A DNA stretch of 63,918 bases, the filler included, from Phoronis australis (taxonomy: Eukaryota > Animalia > Phoronida): assembly GCA_002633005.1 (NCBI GenBank). It is 6 parts of 6 records of this genome, joined end to end, with 100 filler letters (N's around TTAATTAATTAA, not from the genome) between each part and the next. Parts side by side here need not be neighbours in the genome. Positions count along the whole stretch, not along the records: positions 18,223 to 41,491 come from NMRA01000472.1; 5 more parts are not named here. The stretch is one strand, 5' to 3'. Both the position numbers and the translations under genes were made by a program. Shown in pieces: positions 25,876-37,527 of this stretch (position 1 is its first letter; each line of letters opens with the position of its first letter). The notes beneath the pieces are model-generated. The model was given only the letters and a program-made list of their open reading frames with translations, ran no database searches and was not told the origin of the DNA.

Positions 25876-26190
25876 CAGTTTCTTCGAAAACGGAGTTTTG
25901 ACGTAATGCGTGAACTTAGAATCCTGCTTAATCTCAAGATCAAGCAGAAGTGTGTGTTGTCTATAATCTATGGTTTCTTCGAAAACGGAGTTTTGACGTC
26001 ATGCGTGAACTTAGAATCCTGCTTAATCTCAAGATCAAGCAGAAGTGTGTGTTGCGTGAACTTGGAATTCCAAGATCACACGAGTGATCTTGAGATAAAA
26101 GAAGATGCCTTACGCCGTGCGTGGACTTGGAATATTGCTTAATTTCAAGATCAAGCGGAAGTGAGTGTTGCGTGAACTTGGACATTAAGT
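25876..26190. repeat. Cluster of GCGTGAACTT(A/G)GAAT / CTTAATCTCAAGATCAAGC repeats including a ~96-bp direct duplication
   Basis: 25878-25959 is repeated at 25974-26055; further motif copies to ~26185; inverted homolog at ~30358-30442. Confidence 0.75.
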
Positions 26191-26838
26191 AAGCTGCCTG
26201 ACACCCAAGAACAAGGCGGTAACCGGTAGGCTACGCGGTGGAGACTAAGAGAGTTCTAAAAAGATCGAGGTAAAGCTCCCGTGGCCTGGTCATGATTACT
26301 GGTTATTGTTGAGGTACTCGAATGAAAAAAAATAACCATTAGTAGACTGTAATGTTCCTCAGTAATGTACCGGGCATTCAAGGACAAGGTCATAGCACTA
26401 CGCCTGCGACTACGGGTAGCCATTTGATATGTATTGATTTCTGTGTTGTTGCCTATTCCAATATGAAATTAAAGCTTGGTATTTGAAATCAGTGCCTGGG
26501 GTAATTGGTTGATATTTGATCAAATGAAATGTTTCGTTTAAGTATTGTCTCGAAGATAAAGGAACTCTAAATAGCTGTTTTATTGTGTACGATATCTTTG
26601 ACTTTGTGGGCCGGCTACTTTGTAGATTATATCGCATAACGTACCTTGATGATGATCAGTTGATGAATGCTTAATCCAAGTTCGCTCTTGATGATCCTAT
26701 GGGTTTGAGCCACAAATTAGAGTAAGAACTCATGCCGGATTTGGGGTAAAAAGTCGAAGTTTCGAGTTTAGCCACGAACTTTTACGATTCTCATATAGCG
26801 TTAATACTGGATTAGACAGTTATCCACGTAGCCATAAG

Positions 26839-26997
26839 CAGCGTTCGAAATACACGGTGGCCCGGGGCCAGTGGATTTGAAGCCGGGCCAGTAAACTTTC
26901 ACATGTAGGCCCTATGTGGATGTTTGGTCTCATATCCAAGAACGTAACTGGTCCGGAGGGCCAGCGCATTTATTTGCTCATTGAAACTCGAACATAA
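26839..26997. mobile_element. Small hAT-like MITE
   Basis: Starts CAGCGTTCGAAAT, ends ...CTCGAACATAA; flanks GCCATAAG and GCCATAGC resemble an 8-bp TSD; internal GGGCCAG repeats. Confidence 0.45.
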
Positions 26998-27424
26998 GCC
27001 ATAGCGAAGTAGAGTACAAAATAATATATAGTCACTCATTTGTCAAAAGTACAACGTAAAGTACCCTCAGCACAGGAAAGCCGTTTTCTACCTCACTGTG
27101 TTGACTCTATCAGATCCGCCTATCGAACTAGTAGGTTTATAATCCCCCACAGTTTTCATGCTGTAGCCTAGCTGCGAAAAGGGGCCAAGCTAGATAAAGT
27201 TAACTCAACTGTTGTCCAAATGTCAGAACATGCTCTCAGCCTACAGTGTCACTACTGCTATAAAGCCCTGGCAGCAGTGATTACAGCCTAAGTACAGGAC
27301 ATCAAAGACGATGACTGAATAAATCCACAACAAACTAAAAAGTGTGCGAAGAGTTATAATGCGTTGTACAAAAACAAATTTTTGTTCTTAAAATACATGT
27401 GAACGCATTTAGAATTGTATCATA

Positions 27425-28335
27425 CCCAATTCCAAGTTTAAACAAGCCACGCCCTTGCTTAAACTTAGAATAATTCAATTTGCTTTACAAAAAGTCGAAG
27501 AACCAAACATTCTCTCACTGGTTGTTATACATTTAAATGTGTTTTTTTATTTTTGGAACACGTTTGAGCGCCTTCACAGTTTTCCCACCCAATTCCAAGC
27601 TTAAGCAAGCCACGCCCTTGCCTAAACTTGGAATAATTCAATTTCTTCTTTCCAAAAAATCGTCTGGTGAACCAAACATTCTCTGAATGGTTGCAATACA
27701 CTGTAAATGCATTTTCTATTACTTTTGGAACACCTCTGAATGCATTTGCAGTTGTTTTCTACCCAACGCCAAGTTTAAGTAAGCCATGCCCTTGCTTAAA
27801 CTTGGAATAATTCTATTTATTCTTTTATTACAAAAAATCGTCGGGTTAATCAACCATTCTCTGACCGGTTACAGTATGTCGTAAATGCATTTTCTATTAC
27901 TTTTGGAACACCTCTGAATTCATTCGCAGTTGTTTTCTAGTCAATTTCAAGTTTGAACAAGCCACGCCCTTGCTTAAATTTGGAATAATTGTATACCCGC
28001 TTTACAAAAAGCCACGTGGTGAACCAAACATTTTCTGACTGGTCACATTTTGTCTTCTTATCTTTGGTCTCTACTGAACACAGCGATTATTTACTTCCCA
28101 ATTCCAAGCTGAAGCAGGCCACACCCCTGCTTCAACTTAATAATTCTATTTTCGCTTTAAAGACCTTATGTCGTGAAGCAAGCATTCTCTGACAGATAAC
28201 AAGACATTACGATTATTTGTTTCCGTTCTAACTCCTCGGCGATTGTTCTCTACCCCATTCCAAGATTAAGCAAACTTGGAATACTGTGTTTTCATTTTAC
28301 AAATAAAGCTATGTGGTGAAGGAAGTATTCTTTCT
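27425..28335. repeat. Tandem array of six ~156-178-bp units, each with a ~43-bp palindrome (ATTCCAAGTTTAAGCAAG-CCACGCC-CTTGCTTAAACTTGGAAT)
   Basis: Palindrome starts at ~27429, 27592, 27766, 27944, 28101 and 28257 (the last has lost its loop); the intervening sequences are related but more diverged. Confidence 0.9.
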
Positions 28336-28599
28336 CAGGTTACAATAAACTGTAAATGCAATTATAGATGAGACTACTCTAAAACATTAGCAATCGTCTT
28401 TTACATAGTTCCATATTTAGCCAGTAATCAAAGCAGAATTGGGTTTCACATTCTCATTTTTTAAAATTTTTAATACCTTTGATGTTACACTTTCATAGAA
28501 AACCGGCCCATTCTTTTTGGGAAGCTGGTCACCGAAAACATGTTCTTCATGTTTGCAGAGCTCAGGTAACATCCATAAAGTGAAGTAAGAGATACAGGG

Positions 28600-28960
28600 A
28601 ATAGTAAGTAGCTGGTCATCACCATAGTTGCAGGGTCACTGAGCTCTGCATGTTATTCAGAGAATCATTGGCATGTTGGTTCTCAATGACCAGTGACTAT
28701 TTAATGTACAGTGATTCCTTATATCTCTGTAGATAATAAAATTGAATTGGTTTGGTGATTGTTGCTAACAAAATGCCTATATATGTTGCTTTTCTCTGAG
28801 GTGTGATGTTCTATCAGCCTGTCACAGAGGCGTCTCTGTGTGAGTCCGGTATGGAATTCCTTATAGTTGTCACATTCAACTTTATAAATAACATTGTTAT
28901 TGTCCAATAAAGGAATGGGTGACTTCAGTTTACACAGCATATTGGGAAACAACTATCAAT
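28600..28960 (-). mobile_element. Penelope-like retroelement fragment (GIY-YIG endonuclease, C-terminus)
   Basis: NVIYKVECDNYKEFHTGLTQRRLCDRLIEH...SNIYRH matches the VIY-x-C..YxG-T-R-L..R..EH pattern of Penelope endonucleases; stops downstream. Confidence 0.75.
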
Positions 28961-30614
28961 TCAACGGCTGCGTCTATGCAATGAATAAGGCGAGATAATC
29001 TTACGATGGCCAAAAACTGATTTGAATAAAGGCTAATGAAATATGTGTTTCTTTTCGAATAGAATCCAATCCAATTCTAGCGAAATCTCAACAAAAACTA
29101 GACAGGTGTTGCTCCATGCGCGCAGTCGAAGTTGCGACAACTTACTGCGTAAGTCCATTCTCAAACAAACAATTAGTGACTTGACACAGTGTCACAATCA
29201 ACTCTGACAAAAGTTCTACCAACCTGACAAATCCTCCTGGAGAGAAATGTATCCAAATTTGGCAGTCTTGGAGACTTCTGTTCAAGTCTGTCTAATTTAA
29301 TTTGAAATCTTTTGGTACATGAACCTTTAAAATGCAACATTTCGTAATCCCAACTTGCAGATATTTTGCTGCATTAATCAACTAGGAGGTGTAATGATAA
29401 TTTTTCGATGACAATACTGAGCAGACTCGATGGGATGTGTGTTGTGTAACGAATGGTTCTCATTTGAAAAACAATCCATCTAAGTCGGTATATACATTGG
29501 CGTTTTGTTATTGAGGTCTGTAGTAGAGAAACAAAATGTAGTACGCCAGAAAAGTCTAATCATCTCTATGAGACCAATCAAAACCTGTCAACAGAACTTT
29601 GGATAGTTGTGTTCTGTAACTATTGTCATCAATATTTTAGACCTGTTGACATCACACAGCATACCTGATATTCATCAAATTCCATGTTTAAAAATGAAAT
29701 TAGTATTTACACTTTATTTGCCAAAATAGCACTTTGAATCAACAAGTGTTATATCTGAACTTGCTCCTTAATCAGATTAGAATCGATTACAGATCCCACG
29801 CAGGCCTAAAAGTTGATAGTACTAGCTTAAAAGGGTAAGAATTTACACTAACTTGACTAAAGGACGATGTCAGTTTTTGAAAATGAACTCAAACACTTCC
29901 TGCTTGAAAGAGCACCAATTGGCGAATTCATAATGTAAGTAAGACATGAAAACACAACTAACAAATTCGAAGAAATTGTGAGCTCTAATAAGCAATTGTT
30001 TACACACGGGGCGGGGGGCGGGGTGTGAATAGGTACAACGTGGCTTGACGCACTGTTCAATTCCAACCCCTCCCGGTACGGTAGAAACTCATTCACTCTA
30101 TGTCTGGTTCCGTATCCTAGCTGGTAATCCTGTTCATTGCAAAGGTTCCAGGGTGCCAGTCACTTCAACCCCTCGCCACGGCACCCACCCATCCATCCCA
30201 GTCAATCACCCCCTGCTTGTCAATGGAAAGTACAGAATAATATGCAAAATGTCCGATAGAAATCATTAAAACAGAAACAATAAGTCATGACAAATAAACC
30301 CATGTCCACCATTCGACTCACGGCGAAAATTTACTTAAAAGTAACGCACTAGCAACTGTTTTCTTAATCTCAACATCACGTGCGTGAACTTGGAATAGAA
30401 ATTTATTCAAGTTCACTCAAGATTCCAAGTTCACGTACAACATGTCCAGGTTCAATTAACACTATATTCACTCATAAGTTTTTCCTAATTAAACAGTATT
30501 ATACTTATTAGATTCCAGTTTGAGCCACAACACCACGTTCCTTACAATATCTCTATTATCACTCCGGCTTGTCCGGAACTTGATTTGCCAGGTTGTCAGT
30601 ATAGCTCAGTTGCC

Positions 30615-30870
30615 TGTTTGGTGTACCCAATGATTGGTACTTTATATGCTATTTACACATTTGGCAGTTTGTACCCATTTGGTACTCTTTATAAAATTTG
30701 CCGCTTTGCTTGACCCAATTGGTAGGCAATCTGCCAACACCCATTTGGTATTTTGTACTCATTTGGTAATATACTAACCTGTACTGACATCCAATTACAC
30801 ATTGGGTATCATAAATGTGTATGTTATCTCTTGTAATTAAGGTACCCATCTGGCAAGTTCTGTACAATAA
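30615..30870. repeat. Degenerate short-period repeat (GTACCCATTTGG(T/C)A motif)
   Basis: About seven motif copies at 25-40-bp spacing. Confidence 0.55.
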
Positions 30871-31511
30871 TTAATTGTAGAGCCGTGCCCCTGAAATTCC
30901 CAATACAACCTAAAATATATATTGTCCTTGTGCTGTTTTGTGTGTCCCCAATAAACTGGTGTGATTACTGGTAAAAGGAAACAACAAGTGGAACTGGACA
31001 ACGCAGGCAGTTGTCTAAAAACCTTTTGTATTGCAGTGGGGAATCAAGAGTGTTTCTTGCCCTTGACTTCAAAGCACAAATGCATGTGAAATGATCGAAC
31101 ATCGTTTGCCAGTACGAAAGCCCATTCCTGTGCAAATAGCCTGTGCAAATAGCTCAGTACTCTAAACTTGCAGTCACTGTTGCTTGAGTTGTCTTGTTTG
31201 TTGCTCGTACAGCGGTGGTGCACACTGCGATGATCCTTTAAAACGTGACAGTCATAGAAATACCAGTCTAAGCAGTACGTACAGTGATATTAGTAATTTC
31301 TATAGGATACACATTAACTCCAAATTGTGCTTGCAAGTCGAAATGAAACTTCGTTGCTCAAACTGTTTTCAGACCAGTTAAGTTCATTTCCCGCGTTAAC
31401 CTCTCAACACCGACGCTAGACGTCTGGTAACAGTCGACATTCAAGGAGTAGGTGTTTTTGGTAACACTTATTAGGCTCTCCGCCTTGTAAACAGGTGGGT
31501 TCTGTTCTTAA

Positions 31512-33008
31512 AGTAGAAGGCAACCTTTTCATGCCATTTTAGTAAAAATACGGTTAGTTTATTGTCCCAGACATATGTTTCAGTTAATTAAGACTCTAAA
31601 TAATTTCATTAATTAGTCGTGCACTACTCCGGAAGTGACGTTTAGGGGGTTAAGAATTTCCCGCTATTTTGTTTCTAGTTTGTTCGAGTTTACTGTGAGG
31701 ATCTGTTTTACTGTTGTTTTTGTGCTGGTTTCCTAAAATTTTCGTCACCACTTCCCATCGACGAGTATTCTACGACAAGCTAGGTTGTTCGAGAACTCAA
31801 TTACGTTGGATTTAGGAATCTTTTACTTTGTAGTAGCTTGAAGATGGCTGGAGTCGGCGACCCATATCACAAACACTGTGACGTGAGTGACGGAGACATT
31901 GTTCATAGCAGTGGTGACGAGGAATTTTTTTCACAAACAGTATGTGGGTAAATATATGTTTGAGCCCGATTATAGCGAGGCAGAATACACGTAAACAGCT
32001 GTTGATAGGGACGAGGCAGAGACTGAGGACAGACGTGGTGAGACGTCTTGGTACAAGTTATGCCGACCTCAATGGAATGCCTATGCTATTCCCACTGGAT
32101 GATGACTCGAGCACCCATACCGCTTACATCCAGCCGTGTGACTCCCTTGCCCCACACCTGGCACCTTTTAAATAGCGCCAATATTTTAGTCAAGTTCACA
32201 ATAGACTTCTCAAAGTTTGGCTCACCGAACTGATCACTGGACGACGAAATGTCCTCCCCACTGGGTGTCGAACTTGGCTTGTATTCACTTCCACTACTCA
32301 ACATCGCTGCAGGGCTGCTTACAGGCTCTAGGCTGGAGACAACACCAGCACAGGGCGAATCACTGCTAGTTGCCGGAATTGCACGCTCTGGGGGTACGTT
32401 TGGAGGCACGGGATACAGTTGATGAAAAGCCTCCAGTCACTGGAGAGGCCACAGCTCACGAGACTACTCGCTTCAAAAACGCGACGGGGCACTGCCGGAA
32501 ATCAACAGCGACAGTATGACACCCTTCTTCAGGCGTTTTTCAGGAACCTTCATCAATTCTGCGAACATATCTATTTCGTAATCTAACGACAGAAAATGCT
32601 TGCCACACTCGGAAATTCTCCACTCCTTTGTACGTTGTGTGGACGGTATAGCTGCGTTCTTCACACGAACGAGCCAACTACGGCGGAGCGTGTCATCTTT
32701 CGGGATGGCATACCTCAAGTGCGCGAGACGATAAGGAGTTCACCCCGCTACTGACTCGTAAACAAACGCAGGCAACGACCGAATTTATCCTAACCAAGTT
32801 AAAACAAAGACTGACTCGACAGCTGACACAGTCAGAATATATGAAAACAAAATGGCGGGAAATTCTCAACCCCTAAACGTCACGTCCGGAGTAAAGCATG
32901 ACTTTATCAATAACATTATGGGAAGCCGTTATTAACTGAAAAATATGTGTGGGATAATCAACGAACCGTACTTCTACTAAAATGACGTGAAAAAGGTTGC
33001 CTTCTCCT
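31512..33008. mobile_element. Non-autonomous Kolobok element, copy 2, with THAP-transposase remnant (-) and KolX remnant (+)
   Basis: TTAA on both sides (31508-31511, 33009-33012); TIR AG(T/G)AGAAGGCAACCTTTT extending ~150 bp. - strand THAP (AIPKDDTLRRSW...CGKHF...LKKGVILSL, 32473-32718) and KSIVNLTKILALFKRC. + strand KolX-like YMFEP (~31955) and MPTSMECLC (~32060-32087). Confidence 0.9.
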
Positions 33009-34667
33009 TTAATATAGAAGGGCAGCGTCGCCTATTCAAAATTCTGAAAAGGGCTGCCTAAGATAAAACAAATCAAGCCCCTTTTTATCCAATCGAAACT
33101 ATACCACCGATACTACAAATCATAAATGGCCAGTCATCTGAGGTGTAACCTGTTCAACCGCTAAAATGCTGATCTGCCGATGACTACACCACTTTGCCTT
33201 TGAGGAGGTCCCATTCACAGTATATTGTCTTGTTCTAATGATAATGCGTTTGCGCACCCGGGGGGGGGGGTTGGTGGCTCGAATGAGAAATGCGAAAAAG
33301 ACCCGCCTCAGTGAAACGAAAAGTCCGAGAAAACGAGACAAAAATTCCACAGGAATTCGGCGCATTTTCTTTTTTTCAGCAAACATTTTCGCATGATCAG
33401 GAAGCGGTCTCTCGAAGCACAAAATTAATTTATTTCATGCTCATTAAGACGTGTAAGAGGTCAAACGTTGAACGTCCTGAATTTTTACTGAAAAACTGTA
33501 TCAAGTGACACCGAAGGTGCAATTTATATGTAAAGACTATAATTTTGAATGACTTAATTCTTCAGATGTACAGCAACTGTGAGGGATCCATATTCCAGGA
33601 TCTTAGGGCGGTAGCTTTCGAATTATTGTAATTATTTCCTGCTGACTCAATATGTCATTTCTATAAACTCTCTTGTTCAAAACATTTTTTATGTTACTAT
33701 TACACCCTGATATTTTTGGCATTTTAGCAAAATCCTTGATTTTTAGAGAAAAAATGTTTTAAATTTGTGAAGTATACGAAATGATATTTATTCATGAATC
33801 AAGTTTTTTTCGCTTCTGGTATAATTAACACTTCAAGTATTGATGAAGGGCTATGTAATGATGTGACTCTTATAAAGTTCGGTTCAAGAAAGGTTGAGTT
33901 GCTCAAAATTTTAGTGACAGTGAATTCCATAGCACCAGCAAAGCATTGATAAGTCATATGTTTTTTTAATTTATGCTTGTACAGGTGGTTATTATTTATT
34001 TCGAATGCTCTCTTTACAAATCTTGGTTCAAATGGTCACAACGTATGCATGCAACTTTGTCTGAGATAAGTTAATCTAATTCTGTTCAACTTTGCCTATT
34101 TTGCTCTTGTTTCATTGTCGACGATTTTGTTGCGTGCGTGCCGTCCCGCTCACCCACCCTGCTCCGTCCCATCCCTTCCTGTCTCGCCTGTCCCATCCAT
34201 TCCCAGTTCCACCTCTTTCCCAAAGTTTTTGCGCAGTTTGTATTGAAGGGCAAATAAGCTCTACCTGAGGAGTTGCTAGGAACTTCGCTGATCCACACCA
34301 AAGTGGCTTCGACAAGCTCACCCATACATTGCATTGGTCAACCGGCCGAAACCAGCAATTTTAGGTTTGATGTTTTATCACTGTATTATCAAAAAATTCT
34401 CTGTTCAACATCACTGGCAGAAAAATGTGATTTGCTAAGTGAATTTAAAAAATACACTGCTAGGCTGAAATTTTAAATAATTCAAAAGTTTAACCAATGA
34501 AAATGATAATTATCGACAAATCCTTTTAACGAAAATTACTAACTTGCAGTACAACGTTTGGACCTTGCTCCGCCTTTGTCTTGCAGTCCTCTTGTAGCAA
34601 GTGAAGGTAGTGGAATGCACCTGCGATGTAATAGCTTTCATGTGTGTGCTCAGCATCGCTGCACCTC

Positions 34668-36000
34668 TTATTTTTATCATTTTATTTTAAAATACACCAA
34701 GATATACAACAATGGGGTATATGCAAATGAAATACACACACACACGCACAATTACTCACGCACATATCCAAATAATTCAACTTCACGATTGATCTAATCT
34801 AAATAAGTATTGTGGGTTTCCCAAAAGGCAGTTTTATGTGGTTGTATATTTCTTACTTTACAATAATTAAACAAGAAACATTGCAATTGTGAATATCTAG
34901 GAATAATCTGGTCTCTAGAGCATTTATGAATGAAATACTGACAAATAGTTGATATAGTATTAACATCTTCAAAATTACATCCAGAATATACTGTCACAAT
35001 AACATTTTTATATGATTAAATCGTGTTGTGCAGTTACATAAGTTGAAATTTTCGGAATTTCACACCACAAAGTTTTCACAGAATCACATTCCACAAACGT
35101 GTGGTTAAAAGTTTCAACAGTTCCACAAGATGCACACTTGTCATCACTTACTAAATTCATCTTTTTCAAACTAAATTTTGTAAACACTTTTCTATGAATA
35201 TAGAAATATTTAAAGGTTTTAACATAGGGAGGTAACAAAAGTTTGTGTGAAAAAACAGAATTTTGTTTAATTCGTTGTCTAGGGTAAATATCAGTTAAGC
35301 TGTACTCTATATCAGGAGGCGAAACAATTTTGGAAAGCAAAATATTTCTAGAAAACACATTAGTAATTTCACTTGACTTTAGAGTATGTGTACATTTTGG
35401 CATCAAAGGCTCAGATTTCTTTTAATCACACGTCTCAATGCAGCATAATGAATCCAATTTGAAAGCTTATATCTATTTTTCAAAACCTCCCATTTCATTT
35501 CATTTATTTTCAAAATTCAAATATCCTTCACAAAAATGATACCATCCTCAAAGAAACTATTAAAGAATACAGTCTTCCCATTAATCAATATGTTTTTGTT
35601 ATTCCACACTACTTGGTTTACGATTGTTATGTCCTGACGTAAATGAGCAATAATTTCTTCCCAAGCAATCAAGATGTCATGATAGAAGGAATCAATATTT
35701 GCAAGAGACAGCGAATTACAATAATAATTTGATTTAAAGATCAAACTACCCCCATATGTTTTAAAAACATACCTTGGAAACACTTTAAAAACTTCATTGT
35801 TTCCATCTAAGCAACGGGTAACCCACTTAACTAGTAATGACTTGTACATAATATTTATATCAGGAACTCACAAACCACCATTTTCATGGTTATTTACAGC
35901 CACATTTTTTCTATTTCCGGGTGGTTTATTTTGCCAACATTTTTTTATCATAGTATTTATCTTAGCTCTACGTTCGCTGTCAATTCCTAATTGCTCATTA
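34668..36000 (-). mobile_element. Decayed 3' portion of a Tx1/L1 LINE
   Basis: GGL*VPD, QVVWNNKNILINGK, zinc-knuckle CASCGTVETFNHTFVEC...LW; A-rich tail on the minus strand at ~34668-34688. Confidence 0.85.
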
Positions 36001-36561
36001 ACACAAAGAAAGTAGAGAGCGCAAAAGTAGATCCTTCCTAACAACGAAATATTGCGACTTTCCAGATATCAAGTGACTTTTTAAACGACTTAATTTTGAG
36101 TTCAAAATTTAAAAAATAATTTTCTTTTTTGTTATGACTAAAAATATTCCCAGACTCTTGATTGGTTTACTGCACCTGTTATGGCAATGCGTATTTGTCA
36201 ATGACGAATTTTATCATGTCCGCAAGTTAGTGTGTTCGGATGAAAACTGTCTCCCTCTCTCTTGCTGCGTCTGTCTGTTCGTCCATCCATCCGTTCGTCC
36301 CTCCCACCCACAATCCCGTCCACCCACCGGGTCAAATTGAAAACGATTAGGCTGTTTTGTCAATACTTTGGTAATAATTTTCAGAGCACTTGGTAAACGC
36401 TTAGAAAAATTAATCGAATTAATGTTATTATTTGAAATTTGGAATTTGTTTTTTTCAACTGGATAAAAAACGTAAGAATGAGTTCATAAATCATGACGTT
36501 TTGATGACATCAGCATAATCAGCCTTTACATATAGCAAAGGGAAAGCGCTGAAAGTGAAAA

Positions 36562-37527
36562 ATGGAACATAATATTGGATTCCGAGAGTTAGAAGTATTG
36601 ACAATCATGGCAGCGATGTGCTTTGGAATAATTAAACAGTTCTCGAGCGATGGTTCGCAGAACTCTGACGAAACGGAAACAAACGAAGACAGAGATGATG
36701 AGAAAGAAGTCCAGTCGCGCTCTAAGCGGTATTCATCTTCCGAATCAATGGGCTCACCTGAAGTTACGGTGGAACCAGCGACGTCCGAGGAAGAAGTTTT
36801 GTGCAAAGAATCGCTGGAAGGCAAGACTTCGTCATTGGAGTCAATCGACTTCCAAAGTTTTAGAAGTGAATCCGTCAGCTCAATTAAAACCGACGACGAA
36901 AGAAATGAGACAGATGACATTGACGGAACAGAGTCGACAATCAACTGTTCCAAAAGGCAGTCCAGCAGTCACTTTGAAAGCTTTGACGAGGAAAGTCTCC
37001 CAAAAACAAGATCTGAACTTGAGTTTGAAAGATTCATTGCATTTAATGAGGTGATGCATGAAAGATTAAAACACATTGATGAATGGCCAGCGCCCATACC
37101 AAGGATCCGTTTCAACAAAACTGACTTAGCTAAGACAAATCTTAAATTTTAGTAAATTTTAAAATAAAAGTTAAATTTGTCTCAAACCCAATTCAAGAAG
37201 GAGATCTCAAGTTGTCTTAAGAGTTTGACAATTTTTTTTAAATTTTGAATAACTTACCGAATGTGGAAGTTTCAAAGTTTGGAAGTTAAGGCAAATCTTA
37301 AACTTAAGTCATAAATGAACTTAAGTCAGTTTCTTGGAACTGGCCCCAAGTCTATAGAAAAGGTTCAAAAACAGATTTTATAAATGTTTCCCTCGACTCG
37401 AGCCAAAACCAAAGGACAGAAGATACGTTATTCATTTGCCCAAGCCATGGCTCAAGCCCAGGACTTATGATTGGTATCTTCCAGATCAATTTGATTGGAT
37501 CGGATGGATGTGCTCGAGTAATTAACC
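36562..37527 (+). pseudogene. Single-exon orphan ORF (hydrophobic N-terminal patch, Ser/Glu-rich middle, Trp/Pro-rich C-terminus) interrupted by a MITE
   Basis: 196-aa ATG ORF with strong compositional bias; its last ~16 codons and stop come from the MITE. Removing the MITE gives ...WPAPIPSL*KRFKNRFYKCFPRL...WYLPDQFDWIGWMCSSN*. Confidence 0.5.
37103..37346. mobile_element. PIF/Harbinger-like MITE
   Basis: Imperfect TIRs GGATCCGTTTCAACAAAACTGACTTAG and CTTAAGTCAGTTTCTTGGAACTGGCCC; CAA on both flanks (3-bp TSD); AT-rich interior. Confidence 0.65.

Noticed and set aside
27425-28335. CRISPR array (palindromic repeats with spacers)
   Set aside because: Spacers are 115-135 bp and homologous to each other, there are no cas genes, and the context is eukaryotic.
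28500-28600. Hammerhead ribozyme downstream of the Penelope fragment
   Set aside because: No intact CTGANGA...GAAA core with pairing stems was found.
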